DNA from: Candidatus Methylomirabilales bacterium
GTDB taxonomy: Bacteria > Methylomirabilota > Methylomirabilia > Methylomirabilales > CSP1-5
Assembly: GCA_046758505.1 (NCBI GenBank)
Contig: JBHIAH010000003.1
Coordinates: 1-64,000, forward strand
DNA: 64,000 bases
Reading direction: 5' to 3'
Position numbers and translations under genes: made by a program. The notes beneath the pieces were generated by a model, which had not been told where the DNA came from, did no database searches, and saw only the letters and a list, made by a program, of their open reading frames with translations. Below are positions 45,881 to 54,602 of this stretch, piece after piece; the stretch's first letter is position 1; every line of letters begins with the position of its first letter.

Positions 45881-46905
45881 AGGCGGTCATGTTCTACCGC
45901 CCCGGGGATATCCGGGTTGAGGACGTTGCCACGCCGACGCCCGCACCCGGAGAGGTCCTGGTCCGGATCGGGGCAGCACTGACCTGCGGAACGGACCTCA
46001 AGACGTATCGCCGGGGCCACCCCGTGATGATCAAGAAGACCCCCGCGCTCTTCGGCCACGAGTGGGCCGGGACGGTCGAGGCGGTGGGGGAGGGAGTCGC
46101 GCACGTGCAGGTGGGGGATCGGGTGGTCGGGGCCAACTCCGCCCCGTGCCACCGCTGCTTTCCCTGCCGGATCGGACGGCTCAACCTCTGTGAGGACCTT
46201 CAATTCTTGAACGGCGCCTATGCCGAGTACCTCCGCGTCCCGAGCCGCATCGTCGAGCAGAATCTCCTCCCCCTCCCGGCGCATCTCGGCTTCGCCCAGG
46301 CCGCCCTCCTCGAGCCGTTAGCCTGCGCCCTTTACGGGATCGAGCGCTCCGGAGTCAGGCTCGGGCAGACCCTCTGCATCTTCGGGACCGGACCGATGGG
46401 CTTGCTCCTTACCCAGTTGGCGAAGAGGCAGGGGGTCAGGGTCATCATGGTCGGGAAGGGGGAGTTTCGGTTGGGCAAAGCCGCCGAGGCGGGTGCCGAT
46501 GCAATCCTCGATGCGGCCCGGGGCGAGAAGGTGATCGCCGAGGTCCGGCGTTTAAGCCCCGAGGGCCGTGGTGCCGACGTCACCATCGAGGCCACGGGGA
46601 GACCCGAGGTGTGGGAACAGGCCGTCGAGGCGACGCGCAAGGCGGGAACCGTGGTCCTCTTCGGGGGCTGCGAGCCGGGGACGAGCTTTCGGGTGGATAC
46701 GCGGCGGATGCACTACGAGGAGCTCGTGCTCCTCGGCGTCTTTCACCACACCCCCCGGCACATCCGCGAGGCCCTGAGCCTCCTTGACCAGGGGTTGGTG
46801 GATGCTCCCCTGTTGCTGACGCACCAGATGGCCCTCTCTTCGCTCCCCGAGGCCTTCGAGCTCCTGGCCCGGGGAGAGGCCATCAAGGTCATCCTAACAC
46901 CTTGA
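45877..46905 (+). CDS. Zinc-dependent MDR dehydrogenase, second paralogue
   Basis: TCGTD, FGHE, CHRCFPC...NLC, GAYAEY, EPLAC, GTGPMG; ATGA overlap. Confidence 0.88.
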   Translation: MKAVMFYRPGDIRVEDVATPTPAPGEVLVRIGAALTCGTDLKTYRRGHPVMIKKTPALFGHEWAGTVEAVGEGVAHVQVGDRVVGANSAPCHRCFPCRIGRLNLCEDLQFLNGAYAEYLRVPSRIVEQNLLPLPAHLGFAQAALLEPLACALYGIERSGVRLGQTLCIFGTGPMGLLLTQLAKRQGVRVIMVGKGEFRLGKAAEAGADAILDAARGEKVIAEVRRLSPEGRGADVTIEATGRPEVWEQAVEATRKAGTVVLFGGCEPGTSFRVDTRRMHYEELVLLGVFHHTPRHIREALSLLDQGLVDAPLLLTHQMALSSLPEAFELLARGEAIKVILTP

Positions 46906-47869
46906 GGGATCGAGCGCCCCTGCTCTCTTCCGGAAGATCCCGCTGAATCTCGGGCGGCAGGGCAAAGACCACATCCTCCCTGATGCCGTCCAGCTCCTTC
47001 ACCCCGCTCACACCCATCCGGTGGAAATAGTCGACCGCTTCCCGAACCAGATGCTCGGGGGCCGAGGCGCCCGCCGTAATGCCCACCGTCTGGACGCCCT
47101 CGAGCCACCCGGGTTCGATTTGGGAGACATCATCGATGAGATAAGCCCGCACCCCCACCGCCTCGGCCACCTCGACGAGCCGGTTCGAGTTCGAGCTGTT
47201 GGTCGAGCCGATGACGAGGAGCAGATCCACCACGCCGGTCATCTCTTTGACGGCCATCTGGCGATTCTGGGTGGCGTAGCAGATGTCATCCTTGGGCGGA
47301 AAGACGGCGGTCGGGAAACGCCGCCTTAGCACCGCGATGACCTCTCGCGTGTCGTCGATGCTCAACGTGGTCTGGGTGATGACCGCAACCCGATCCGGCT
47401 CCGGGATCTGCACCGCTTCCGCCTCCTCCACCGAACCGACCAGGAGCATCCGACCGGGGACATGGCCCATGGTGCCGATCACCTCGTCGTGGCCGGCATG
47501 TCCCACCAGAATAATCCATCGCCCCTGTCGGGCAAATTTCAGGGCCTCGTGATGGACCTTGGTGACCAGCGGGCACGTGGCGTCGATGACCTGCAGTTGC
47601 TTGGCTGCCGCCTGGGCCCGGACCGCCGGGGAAATCCCGTGTGCACTGAAGATGACCCGGGCACCATCGGGCACCTCTTCCAGGTCATCCACAAACACCG
47701 CCCCGCGGCCGCGCAGCTCCTCGACCACGTGGGCGTTATGGACGATCTCCTTCCGGACATACACCGGGGTGCCGTACAGCTCCAAGGCGAGATTCACGAT
47801 ATCGATTGCCCGGTCCACACCCGCGCAGAACCCGCGCGGCGCCGCCAAGATCACTCGTGTGAGACCCAT
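46889..47869 (-). CDS. ispH: 4-hydroxy-3-methylbut-2-enyl diphosphate reductase
   Basis: PRGFCAGV, IVHN, FSAHG, DATCPLV, QTT, DICYATQNRQ, SSNS, TAGASAPE. Confidence 0.97.
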   Translation of the reverse strand: MGLTRVILAAPRGFCAGVDRAIDIVNLALELYGTPVYVRKEIVHNAHVVEELRGRGAVFVDDLEEVPDGARVIFSAHGISPAVRAQAAAKQLQVIDATCPLVTKVHHEALKFARQGRWIILVGHAGHDEVIGTMGHVPGRMLLVGSVEEAEAVQIPEPDRVAVITQTTLSIDDTREVIAVLRRRFPTAVFPPKDDICYATQNRQMAVKEMTGVVDLLLVIGSTNSSNSNRLVEVAEAVGVRAYLIDDVSQIEPGWLEGVQTVGITAGASAPEHLVREAVDYFHRMGVSGVKELDGIREDVVFALPPEIQRDLPEESRGARSLKVLG

Positions 47870-47888
47870 ACATCCCCCCGTGATATGG

Positions 47889-48416
47889 TCAGCCCGCCTT
47901 CTCCAGGGCCTTGACCAGCTCCCGGCAGAACGCGGGAAGATCGTCTGGCTTTCGAGAGGTGATGAGGTTGCCATCCACCACCACCTCCTGGTCTACAAAG
48001 CGCGCCCCGGCATTCACCATATCGTCCCTGATGGAGAAAAAGCCGGTGACCGTCTTACCCCGGAGGATCCCCGCCGAGCAGAGGACCCAGCCGGCATGAC
48101 AGATGGCCGCCACCACCCTGCCCGCCTCAAAGGCCTCCCTGACCAGGCGGACCATGGCCGCCGAACGTCGCATCAGGTCGGGCGCATAGCCTCCGGGAAT
48201 GACCAGCGCATCAAAATCGGTCCCCGTGACCTCGTCGGCGGGCGCATCCACCGTGACCGGATAGCCATGTTTGCTGGTGACCGTCTTTGCCGCTGCTGTC
48301 CCGATGATCCTGACCGTCCCCCCTTCTTCCGTGAGCCGATAGTAGGGGACCCACAGCTCCATCTCCTGATAGAGGTTTTCGGCCAGGATCGCAATCCGCT
48401 TGCCCTGGAGCCGCAT
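47889..48416 (-). CDS. PfpI/DJ-1 family protein
   Basis: YQEMELWVP, ALVIPGGYAPD, AAICHAG, VVDGNLITSR.PDD. Confidence 0.92.
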   Translation of the reverse strand: MRLQGKRIAILAENLYQEMELWVPYYRLTEEGGTVRIIGTAAAKTVTSKHGYPVTVDAPADEVTGTDFDALVIPGGYAPDLMRRSAAMVRLVREAFEAGRVVAAICHAGWVLCSAGILRGKTVTGFFSIRDDMVNAGARFVDQEVVVDGNLITSRKPDDLPAFCRELVKALEKAG

Positions 48417-48461
48417 TCTCGCTTTCCTCCCCCCCAGGAATCTGCTACGTATGTTAGACTG

Positions 48462-48490
48462 AGTCTAGCCGAGCCCCCCGGCAACGTCAA
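48462..48490 (-). promoter_or_regulatory. Sigma70-type promoter for pfpI-ispH
   Basis: TTGACG-N17-TAGACT on the minus strand. Confidence 0.65.
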
Positions 48491-48538
48491 GTGCTTTCGG
48501 GGAGGGGCCTTAGACCCTGCGTCGCACAGGAGAGGACC

Positions 48539-48832
48539 GTGGACGTTGGCTTTCTCCGAGCGTCAGAGGGCTTATCCCGTATCCGGGTCTTCGGGTTCTG
48601 GCCGGCGGCCCAGGACCCCTTTGCCGATCACTTCACCATCTGGGTTCACGAGTTTCTCGGCGATGATCTCGAGGGAGAATCCCGCTTCCGCGCCGTCCCC
48701 ATGGCCGGGCTCAAGCCGGCCAACCTGGAGTTTCACGGGGAAGGTCGAACGCTTGAAGAGGCGCTGGCCAAGGCGATTAGCCCGATGCGGGGCAAATCGA
48801 TGAAAGAGATCTTCTTCCCGCCGGCGGAGTGA
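48539..48832 (+). CDS. Small hypothetical protein
   Basis: AGGAGAGG RBS before the GTG at 48539; 97 aa, protein-like composition. Confidence 0.55.
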   Translation: MDVGFLRASEGLSRIRVFGFWPAAQDPFADHFTIWVHEFLGDDLEGESRFRAVPMAGLKPANLEFHGEGRTLEEALAKAISPMRGKSMKEIFFPPAE

Positions 48833-48872
48833 CCCGCCGCCATCCAACGGCTGGAGCCGGCAGCCGTGCCTC

Positions 48873-48933
48873 GCTGACCGATGAAGGCAAGAACGACGGT
48901 GTCTTTGCGGTCATCGGTCGGCGGTCGTCGGTC
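48873..48933. repeat. REP-like palindromic element
   Basis: gctgaccgatga...gcaagaacgacggtgtctttgc...tcatcggtcggc hairpin between convergent genes; similar to 39543-39585. Confidence 0.7.
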
Positions 48934-49027
48934 CCACCCCACGCTGTATGCCCCGGGTCGTGCGTTCTTCGGCGTCATCCACGCGTACAACCGTTCCGTA
49001 TCTTCCCGCCGACCGCTTCCTCTCTTC

Positions 49028-49522
49028 CTAGTCCGCTCCCCGTGCGCCCAACTGCTTATCCAACATCAACAGCGCGGCGGGCTGGTCTCCGATCATCGTT
49101 AGCTGCTCCACAATGTCGCCGGCCGTTCGCTCTTCCTCGACCTGCTCGGTGATGAACCACTGGAGCATCACCTGGGTCGCGTAGTCATTCTCTTTGGCCG
49201 CCAGCTCGTACAGGTGGTGGATCATGCCGGTCACCTTCCGCTCGTGCTCCAACGCCTGCTGGAACACATCCACCGCCGACTTGAACTGTGCAGGCGGTTG
49301 CTCCACGGCCTGGAGGACGACGCGGGCCCCCCGCCCTTGGATAAAGTCGAACAGCTTCATCGCGTGCGACGCTTCCTCCTCGCTCTGCACGCGCATCCAC
49401 CGCGCACAGCCCTGCAGGTGAACCGTCTCGAAGTGGGCCGCCATCGAGAGGTACAGATACGCGGAGTAAAACTCATGCTTGATCTGGGTATTGATCGCAT
49501 CCTGGAGCGCCTTGCTCAACAT
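49028..49522 (-). CDS. ftnA: Non-heme ferritin
   Basis: EFYSAYLYLSM, QSEEEASHA, EHE, DYAT..LQWFITEQVEEE ferroxidase residues. Confidence 0.93.
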   Translation of the reverse strand: MLSKALQDAINTQIKHEFYSAYLYLSMAAHFETVHLQGCARWMRVQSEEEASHAMKLFDFIQGRGARVVLQAVEQPPAQFKSAVDVFQQALEHERKVTGMIHHLYELAAKENDYATQVMLQWFITEQVEEERTAGDIVEQLTMIGDQPAALLMLDKQLGARGAD

Positions 49523-49718
49523 GGGTATTCCTCTCCTTTCCGTGAAAGAGGTTTCGTGCGTCCTGGCTAGGTCCGCTGTCGGGTGCGCCGTCCCCTCATT
49601 TCAAATTTTCGATGTCGGATTTCGAATTGAAAGCCAGCCGTACTCTTGCCCAATCCTAAATGCGCAATCCCCGATCCGAAATTCGCGGAGCTGATTGCTA
49701 ACAGCTTCCCCCGCCGAC

Positions 49719-50609
49719 CTACGAGGGGGGAACCACCTGCAACAGCAGAAAGGCCTGGGCCTCCTTGGAGAGAGGGTACGGCACCAGTCCCACGGGACCT
49801 AGCCACGTGTTGTACAAGGCAATATACTTCCGACTCTCGATCGCCTCCATCAAGGTGTGATTCACGAGATCCCGAAATCGCGAGTCATTTTCCCGCATGG
49901 CAAAGGCGTAAGGCTCATAGCTGATGGGGTCGCCCACGATCCGCCAGGCGGCCGGATCCCCCGCGGTGACCTTTAGGCCGGCCAGGACAACCCCGTCGTT
50001 GGTATAGGCATCGATCGTGCCGGCCTGGAGCGCCTGGAACCCCCGGGAGGCACTATCGTACAACACCAGGCGCGCCCGAGGCTCCAGCTTCTGAATGGTG
50101 TCCGCATTTGTCGTCCCTCGGTCCGCGCCCACTCGCTTTCCCACCAGATTCGCATGGCTCTGAATCCGGCTGTCGCCCCGGACCAGCAGTTGTTGGCCCG
50201 TGACGAACACCGTGATGGAAAAATCCACCAGTCGGTCGCGCTCACGGGTATTGGTCATGACTTCCGCGATCATGTCCACCGTCCCGTCCCGGAGCCGGGG
50301 AATCCGCGTGGCAGGGGTGACCCGGACGAACTTTAACTCGACCAGGTGCCCCAGCTCCCGCTCCACCCGCTGGCGGACCATCCGGGCCAGGGCGACCGAA
50401 AATCCCTGCCACTCGCCCCGATTATTCCGAACGGAAAAGGGAATGGCATCCGGCTGGGTGCCGACCGTGAAAACGCCCGTTCGTGCAATCCTTGTCAGGG
50501 TCGGCTCGTCGCGAGACGACCGTGGCTCTTCCCCGCCAGGCCTGGCACTGGCACACGAGGAGAGTCCCAGCGCCACGCCTACCGCCAAGACCCATGTCCA
50601 TCGCCACAT
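49719..50609 (-). CDS. Amino-acid ABC transporter substrate-binding lipoprotein (GltI-like)
   Basis: Lipobox LSS-C; IPFS, TRIP.L..G.VD, TNTRER...VDFS, GTT, SYEPY; no permease nearby. Confidence 0.85.
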   Translation of the reverse strand: MWRWTWVLAVGVALGLSSCASARPGGEEPRSSRDEPTLTRIARTGVFTVGTQPDAIPFSVRNNRGEWQGFSVALARMVRQRVERELGHLVELKFVRVTPATRIPRLRDGTVDMIAEVMTNTRERDRLVDFSITVFVTGQQLLVRGDSRIQSHANLVGKRVGADRGTTNADTIQKLEPRARLVLYDSASRGFQALQAGTIDAYTNDGVVLAGLKVTAGDPAAWRIVGDPISYEPYAFAMRENDSRFRDLVNHTLMEAIESRKYIALYNTWLGPVGLVPYPLSKEAQAFLLLQVVPPS

Positions 50610-51259
50610 GATTTCCTCCTACCCTTCTTCTGTCACTGCGCAGAAGTTGGACCCCACGGGGGCCGCCAAGGGATGACGAGTTCCTTATAACCCTACCTCC
50701 CCGAGCGGGAACAGGCCAGCACTAAATTCAATCGCATTCTGCCTCGCGAGCTGAACTTATCGCGCCTTCTCCCACACCTTTCACTCTTCAAAGCCTGCCA
50801 TTTGAAGCCTGTGGCCATCAACGGGGGGCTTGGAACGCCCACCCCTCGGCTGAAGGATCATGAGTAAGCGCCGAAGGCCTCCCTTGCTCAATTTTCAATG
50901 GCCAAAAGCCCCTATCGGGCATGCCGGACTGATCCCGGGTCAGCGCACCCGTCGGTGGCCAGTCCGCTCAGGCCCAGGGAGGATTTGGAGCTCCACCACG
51001 GTAATTGACCGAGACAACGCTTTGATACAACTTCCGCGGTACGGCAGCCAGGAAATCACACGGACACGCCAATGATCTTGCTTCAGGGGACTCGTAACAT
51101 TCCTCGATCCCAGATCAACCTATACCAATCAGTACCGAAAAGTTCTTCGGCCCCCCCGTAGGATCTGCGGGGGGTCGGAAGAGGGCTGGTCGGCGGCAAG
51201 GGCTTTCTGCAAGATTGCAATGAGGGAGAGTAAAATGCGACCACCGGCAAAACGATACA

Positions 51260-51481
51260 CTAGAGCGAGACGAGGCGGTGCTTGATGGCATACCGGATCA
51301 ATGCGGCGTTGGTGCGGAGGTCCAGGTCCGCCATCAGCCGGTACTTGTGATATTCCACCGTTCGGGGGGATATCTTCAGCAGGGCGCCGATCTCCCTGGC
51401 GGAGCGCCCCTCGGCCACCAACCGCAGCACCTCCCGTTGCCGGGGCGTGAGCTTCAGAGCTGTCTTCTGCCTTGCGCTCAT
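51260..51481 (-). CDS. Stand-alone LuxR/NarL-type HTH protein
   Basis: LTPRQREVLRLVAEGRSAREIG..L.ISPRTVEYHK; own GGAG RBS; 73 aa. Confidence 0.85.
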   Translation of the reverse strand: MSARQKTALKLTPRQREVLRLVAEGRSAREIGALLKISPRTVEYHKYRLMADLDLRTNAALIRYAIKHRLVSL

Positions 51482-51615
51482 TGTCTACTCCACCAAAGCA
51501 GGTCGGATCACACCATGCCGTCTGCACCCTCTCGTGATTCTGGCGCGGAAGGGCGACTGACGCTTAAGCCGGCACGCCCAGCTCCCCACCCGCAACTCTT
51601 GCCCTGTACGCCCGT

Positions 51616-51852
51616 TTATTCGAGCTCGTCAATGCTGTATGCGATGGGGGTCCCCCACCATCCTTCACTTTTGGCCTGCTTCATTTCCGCTTGGGTCAAC
51701 GCAGGTTTCTCCCCACCGCGCAGGGAATACTGCGCATGGGTCCACGAGGCAAAGTGGGGGCCGCCTGGCGGAATCCCGGTGCTGTTCGCACAGGCGCTGA
51801 CACCTCCGGCCATGATGAGTCCCAGTATCACGAAGCCAACTTTCTTCCGCAT
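51616..51852 (-). CDS. Small lipoprotein
   Basis: GAGGAGGGGG RBS; MRKK + hydrophobic stretch + VSA-C lipobox; 78 aa. Confidence 0.75.
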   Translation of the reverse strand: MRKKVGFVILGLIMAGGVSACANSTGIPPGGPHFASWTHAQYSLRGGEKPALTQAEMKQAKSEGWWGTPIAYSIDELE

Positions 51853-51940
51853 GATCCCCCTCCTCTGTCGATCCTCCTGCGCCCTTGGGTTCGTGCAATC
51901 CCACACGACCTCAGGCTAGCTCTGGCACATCGCCCGCAGC

Positions 51941-51981
51941 AACTCGTAGAATTACGAGTTTTTTGGAAATCACTTACGAGG
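51941..51981 (-). promoter_or_regulatory. Operator-like motif, copy A
   Basis: Perfect palindrome AACTCGTA-N4-TACGAGTT plus distal half-site TTACGAGG; overlaps the -35 of TTGCTG-N18-TAGCCT. Confidence 0.7.
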
Positions 51982-52031
51982 GCCTGGAAGACCCGTGAGG
52001 CCGGGCGGGCCTGGTAGGCCAAATGAGGAAC

Positions 52032-52445
52032 CTACGGCGTTCGCCCCTCGTGATCCCTCACGGCCGGGGAGACGTACGTGCGGCCTTGGAGGACCTCGCG
52101 GACCGCCGGGATCAAATCGGTAGCCACGGACCGCTTGAGGACAAAACCCACAGCGCCTGAGGCCAGGGCCTCCTTCACTACCGCCGGTTCGTCATAAACG
52201 CTCAGCAGGATGACTTTGAGTTCTGGGTTGCGGCTCTTGAGGCGACGCGCAATGTTGCCATCCTTGGAGACCGGGAGTGAGAGATCCACCACGGCGAGGC
52301 CCGGATTGAACATATCTACGGACTCAAACAGCGATTCGTCGTCGGTGACCATCACCACCACCGGAAACATGGTTTCCAATAGATCCCTGATCCCTTCGAG
52401 CATGTTCCGGTGGCGATCTGCGACGAGCACGCGGCCCGGTTTCAT
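52032..52445 (-). CDS. Receiver-only response regulator (NarL-type REC)
   Basis: VLVAD, VVDLSLP, VILLS, GFVLK, GRTYVSP, then stop with no HTH. Confidence 0.85.
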   Translation of the reverse strand: MKPGRVLVADRHRNMLEGIRDLLETMFPVVVMVTDDESLFESVDMFNPGLAVVDLSLPVSKDGNIARRLKSRNPELKVILLSVYDEPAVVKEALASGAVGFVLKRSVATDLIPAVREVLQGRTYVSPAVRDHEGRTP

Positions 52446-52494
52446 CGTTGTCCCCGTTTTTTTTGATCGGGCGTCGGACAGACCCAGGGTGACG

Positions 52495-52680
52495 TCACCG
52501 AAGCGCCGTGGCCCGTCGGGATGAACTCGCGAAGGCGTGATGCTTAGGAGTTCCCTCGCGCGGCAAGTTCCGCCTCCGCTTACACCGAGGACAGATCCAC
52601 ACCGGTACTATGGTTCGGGAATGCGGGCCGAGGACCATGTAGGTCCGCCGGCATCGCGAACAGCTTGCCAAAAGAGGCAT
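52495..52680 (-). CDS. Putative small zinc-ribbon protein
   Basis: AGGGAGGGGGG RBS; MPLLAS-CSRC-x20-CPRC-KRRR; 61 aa; lies downstream of a predicted promoter. Confidence 0.55.
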   Translation of the reverse strand: MPLLASCSRCRRTYMVLGPHSRTIVPVWICPRCKRRRNLPREGTPKHHAFASSSRRATALR

Positions 52681-52796
52681 CCGTTCCCCCCTCCCTTCTC
52701 TGGATGACAACGACCAACGGGCAATATCATGGTCTCCCAGGGGGTCCCCAACCCTGCGACTCCTCGAAGCCGGACATCGGGGCGGGGTGCAATAGG

Positions 52797-52864
52797 ACGA
52801 TACGCAAGAGGGACGCCCCTCACAACTCGTGAATGTACGGGTTTTTTGAAGATTATTTACGAGG
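52797..52864 (-). promoter_or_regulatory. Operator-like motif, copy B, with promoter
   Basis: 52824-52864 matches copy A at 32/41 nt by hand alignment; overlaps TTGTGA-N17-TATCGT. Confidence 0.7.
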
Positions 52865-53301
52865 TCCCAGACCATCCCGGAAGGTCGGAGCGTCCTCGGA
52901 GGCGATTGTAATGTAATCGGTAAGAATCCTGCGTGGCTGACCGTACAACGGTTCAGCCGCCTGCCTGAAGGTACAAGTCCTCCGCCACTTGACAACTGGA
53001 TTGGCCTCTGGTAATGAATCTCCCGCCGGATGCCGCCCCTACGAGACATTGGCAGTCAGAGAACGCCCATACAGAGGTCGGTCGCGGAGAGGTGACAACT
53101 TCTCGCCGCTCTCCCACGGCGTGGGGACCGGTTTCCTCGGAATCGGGGTCGCGCTTCCCATTGTGACCGGATGTGTGGGCTCGCCGCTCGGGCATCGGTG
53201 TGTAAATACATCCAGCCAAGGGTTCCGGTCCGGCGAAGGGTCTGTGGAGCCGACCGGGCGTTGCGTTCGTTTGTGGACCGCGCCCTCTATGCGAGGAGCG
53301 A

Positions 53302-54147
53302 ATGATGCATTTAAGGTTCGATCCTGTCGCCCGGGTCGACAATATCAGTCGGGCTGACTTCCAGCGCGGATTCCTCGAGCCCCATCGTCCGGTGGTCATC
53401 AGGGATCTCGCCGCGTCATGGCCCGCCCTGAAAAAATGGTCCCCCCACTATTTCAAAGAACAATACGGCCAGACACGGGTCAGGGTGTACGATGCCAGCT
53501 TTATAGAACCGGGCCAAACTTACATGTCCAATGTGCAATACCTCTCGCTCGAACATTATCTCGATCTCGTCCTCACCACATCCATGGACCTGCGGATGTT
53601 TTTGTACAACATTATGAGTGAGATTCCAGAACTCAAGGACGACATCATTTTCCCTCCGATTGCAACGGGCTTTTCCAGGAGATTCATCTTCATGTTCTTC
53701 GGCTGTCGGGGATCAGTCACGCCCATGCATTATGACATCGACATGGCCCATGTATTTCACACGCCGATCTACGGGAAGAAAAGGGTGATGCTCTTCCCGC
53801 ATGGCGAATCGAAAAATCTGTACCGGCATCCGTTCACCACACGCAGTTACGTCGACGTGGATAAGCCCGATTTTCACACATTCCCGAGATTGAAAAATGT
53901 CAAGGGCTCGCAGGTCCTCCTGGAACCTGGCGAAACGCTATTCATCCCGAGTGGCTACTGGCATCACATCGTGTACGAAGAAGGGGGGTACGCGGTATCC
54001 CTGCGCTCTCCTCACCAGTCCCTGGCAAAGCGGATGGAAGGCGTCTTGAATCTTGGCGTCATGTCCCCGATCGACAGAATCATGAACACGATCCTCTCCG
54101 ACGCGTGGTTTCGTTGGAAGGAGCGAAAAGCTCGCGAAGCAGCCTGA
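53302..54147 (+). CDS. JmjC / cupin-8 Fe(II)/2-oxoglutarate oxygenase
   Basis: RPVVI, WPALKKW, FFGCRGSVTPMHYD (HxD), GKKRV.LF, LEPGETLFIPSGYWHH; GAGGAG RBS. Confidence 0.88.
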   Translation: MMHLRFDPVARVDNISRADFQRGFLEPHRPVVIRDLAASWPALKKWSPHYFKEQYGQTRVRVYDASFIEPGQTYMSNVQYLSLEHYLDLVLTTSMDLRMFLYNIMSEIPELKDDIIFPPIATGFSRRFIFMFFGCRGSVTPMHYDIDMAHVFHTPIYGKKRVMLFPHGESKNLYRHPFTTRSYVDVDKPDFHTFPRLKNVKGSQVLLEPGETLFIPSGYWHHIVYEEGGYAVSLRSPHQSLAKRMEGVLNLGVMSPIDRIMNTILSDAWFRWKERKAREAA

Positions 54148-54199
54148 AGATCACCCGTCCACCACCCCCGGGTGCCAGATCCCTACCGATCTCTGAACA

Positions 54200-54240
54200 C
54201 CTCGTAAATTTTACATAGAATGCCCGTAATGGTGCGGGTT
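54200..54240 (+). promoter_or_regulatory. Operator-like motif, copy C (inverted)
   Basis: CCTCGTAA-N15-CCCGTA-N4-TGCGGGTT, same spacing as the reverse complement of copies A and B. Confidence 0.6.
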
Positions 54241-54602
54241 ACCGCTGTTCCCCCCCTGCACTAGGGGCACCAGGCGTCTGCCCCGAGAAGTGGGCCATGG
54301 TTACGATCCCGGAGACCTCAGACGCCCAGAGAACTGATGTCTCGCGGTTTTCTCACCAAGTCCGGCCATTCCCCCTATCGGCAAGTAGGCGAAAACGTGC
54401 TTGTTCGACAGCCCCTTGGCACGAAACTCGCACTTTACCAGGGCACGTTCCGACGTCTCGTATCCAAAACAGACTGGCACTACCATACGTCCTGCCCGTC
54501 CACCAGACCAGCCCCCCTCAAACGGTGTGGGCAGGGATAGGGCAAGGACACGGGTCTCTTGATAGAACATCACCGGCGGCATCTCGATCGGGGAGCTGTT
54601 CG

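Noticed and set aside
1648..48933. Repeats as a possible CRISPR array
   Set aside because: Units are 7-mers or isolated hairpins, with no regularly spaced repeat-spacer structure and no cas genes.
51151..51175. CCCCCCGTA-GGATC-TGCGGGGGG as a fourth operator copy
   Set aside because: The spacer is 5 nt rather than 4 and there is no correctly spaced distal half-site. It lies 3' of the HTH gene, so a terminator-like hairpin is equally likely.
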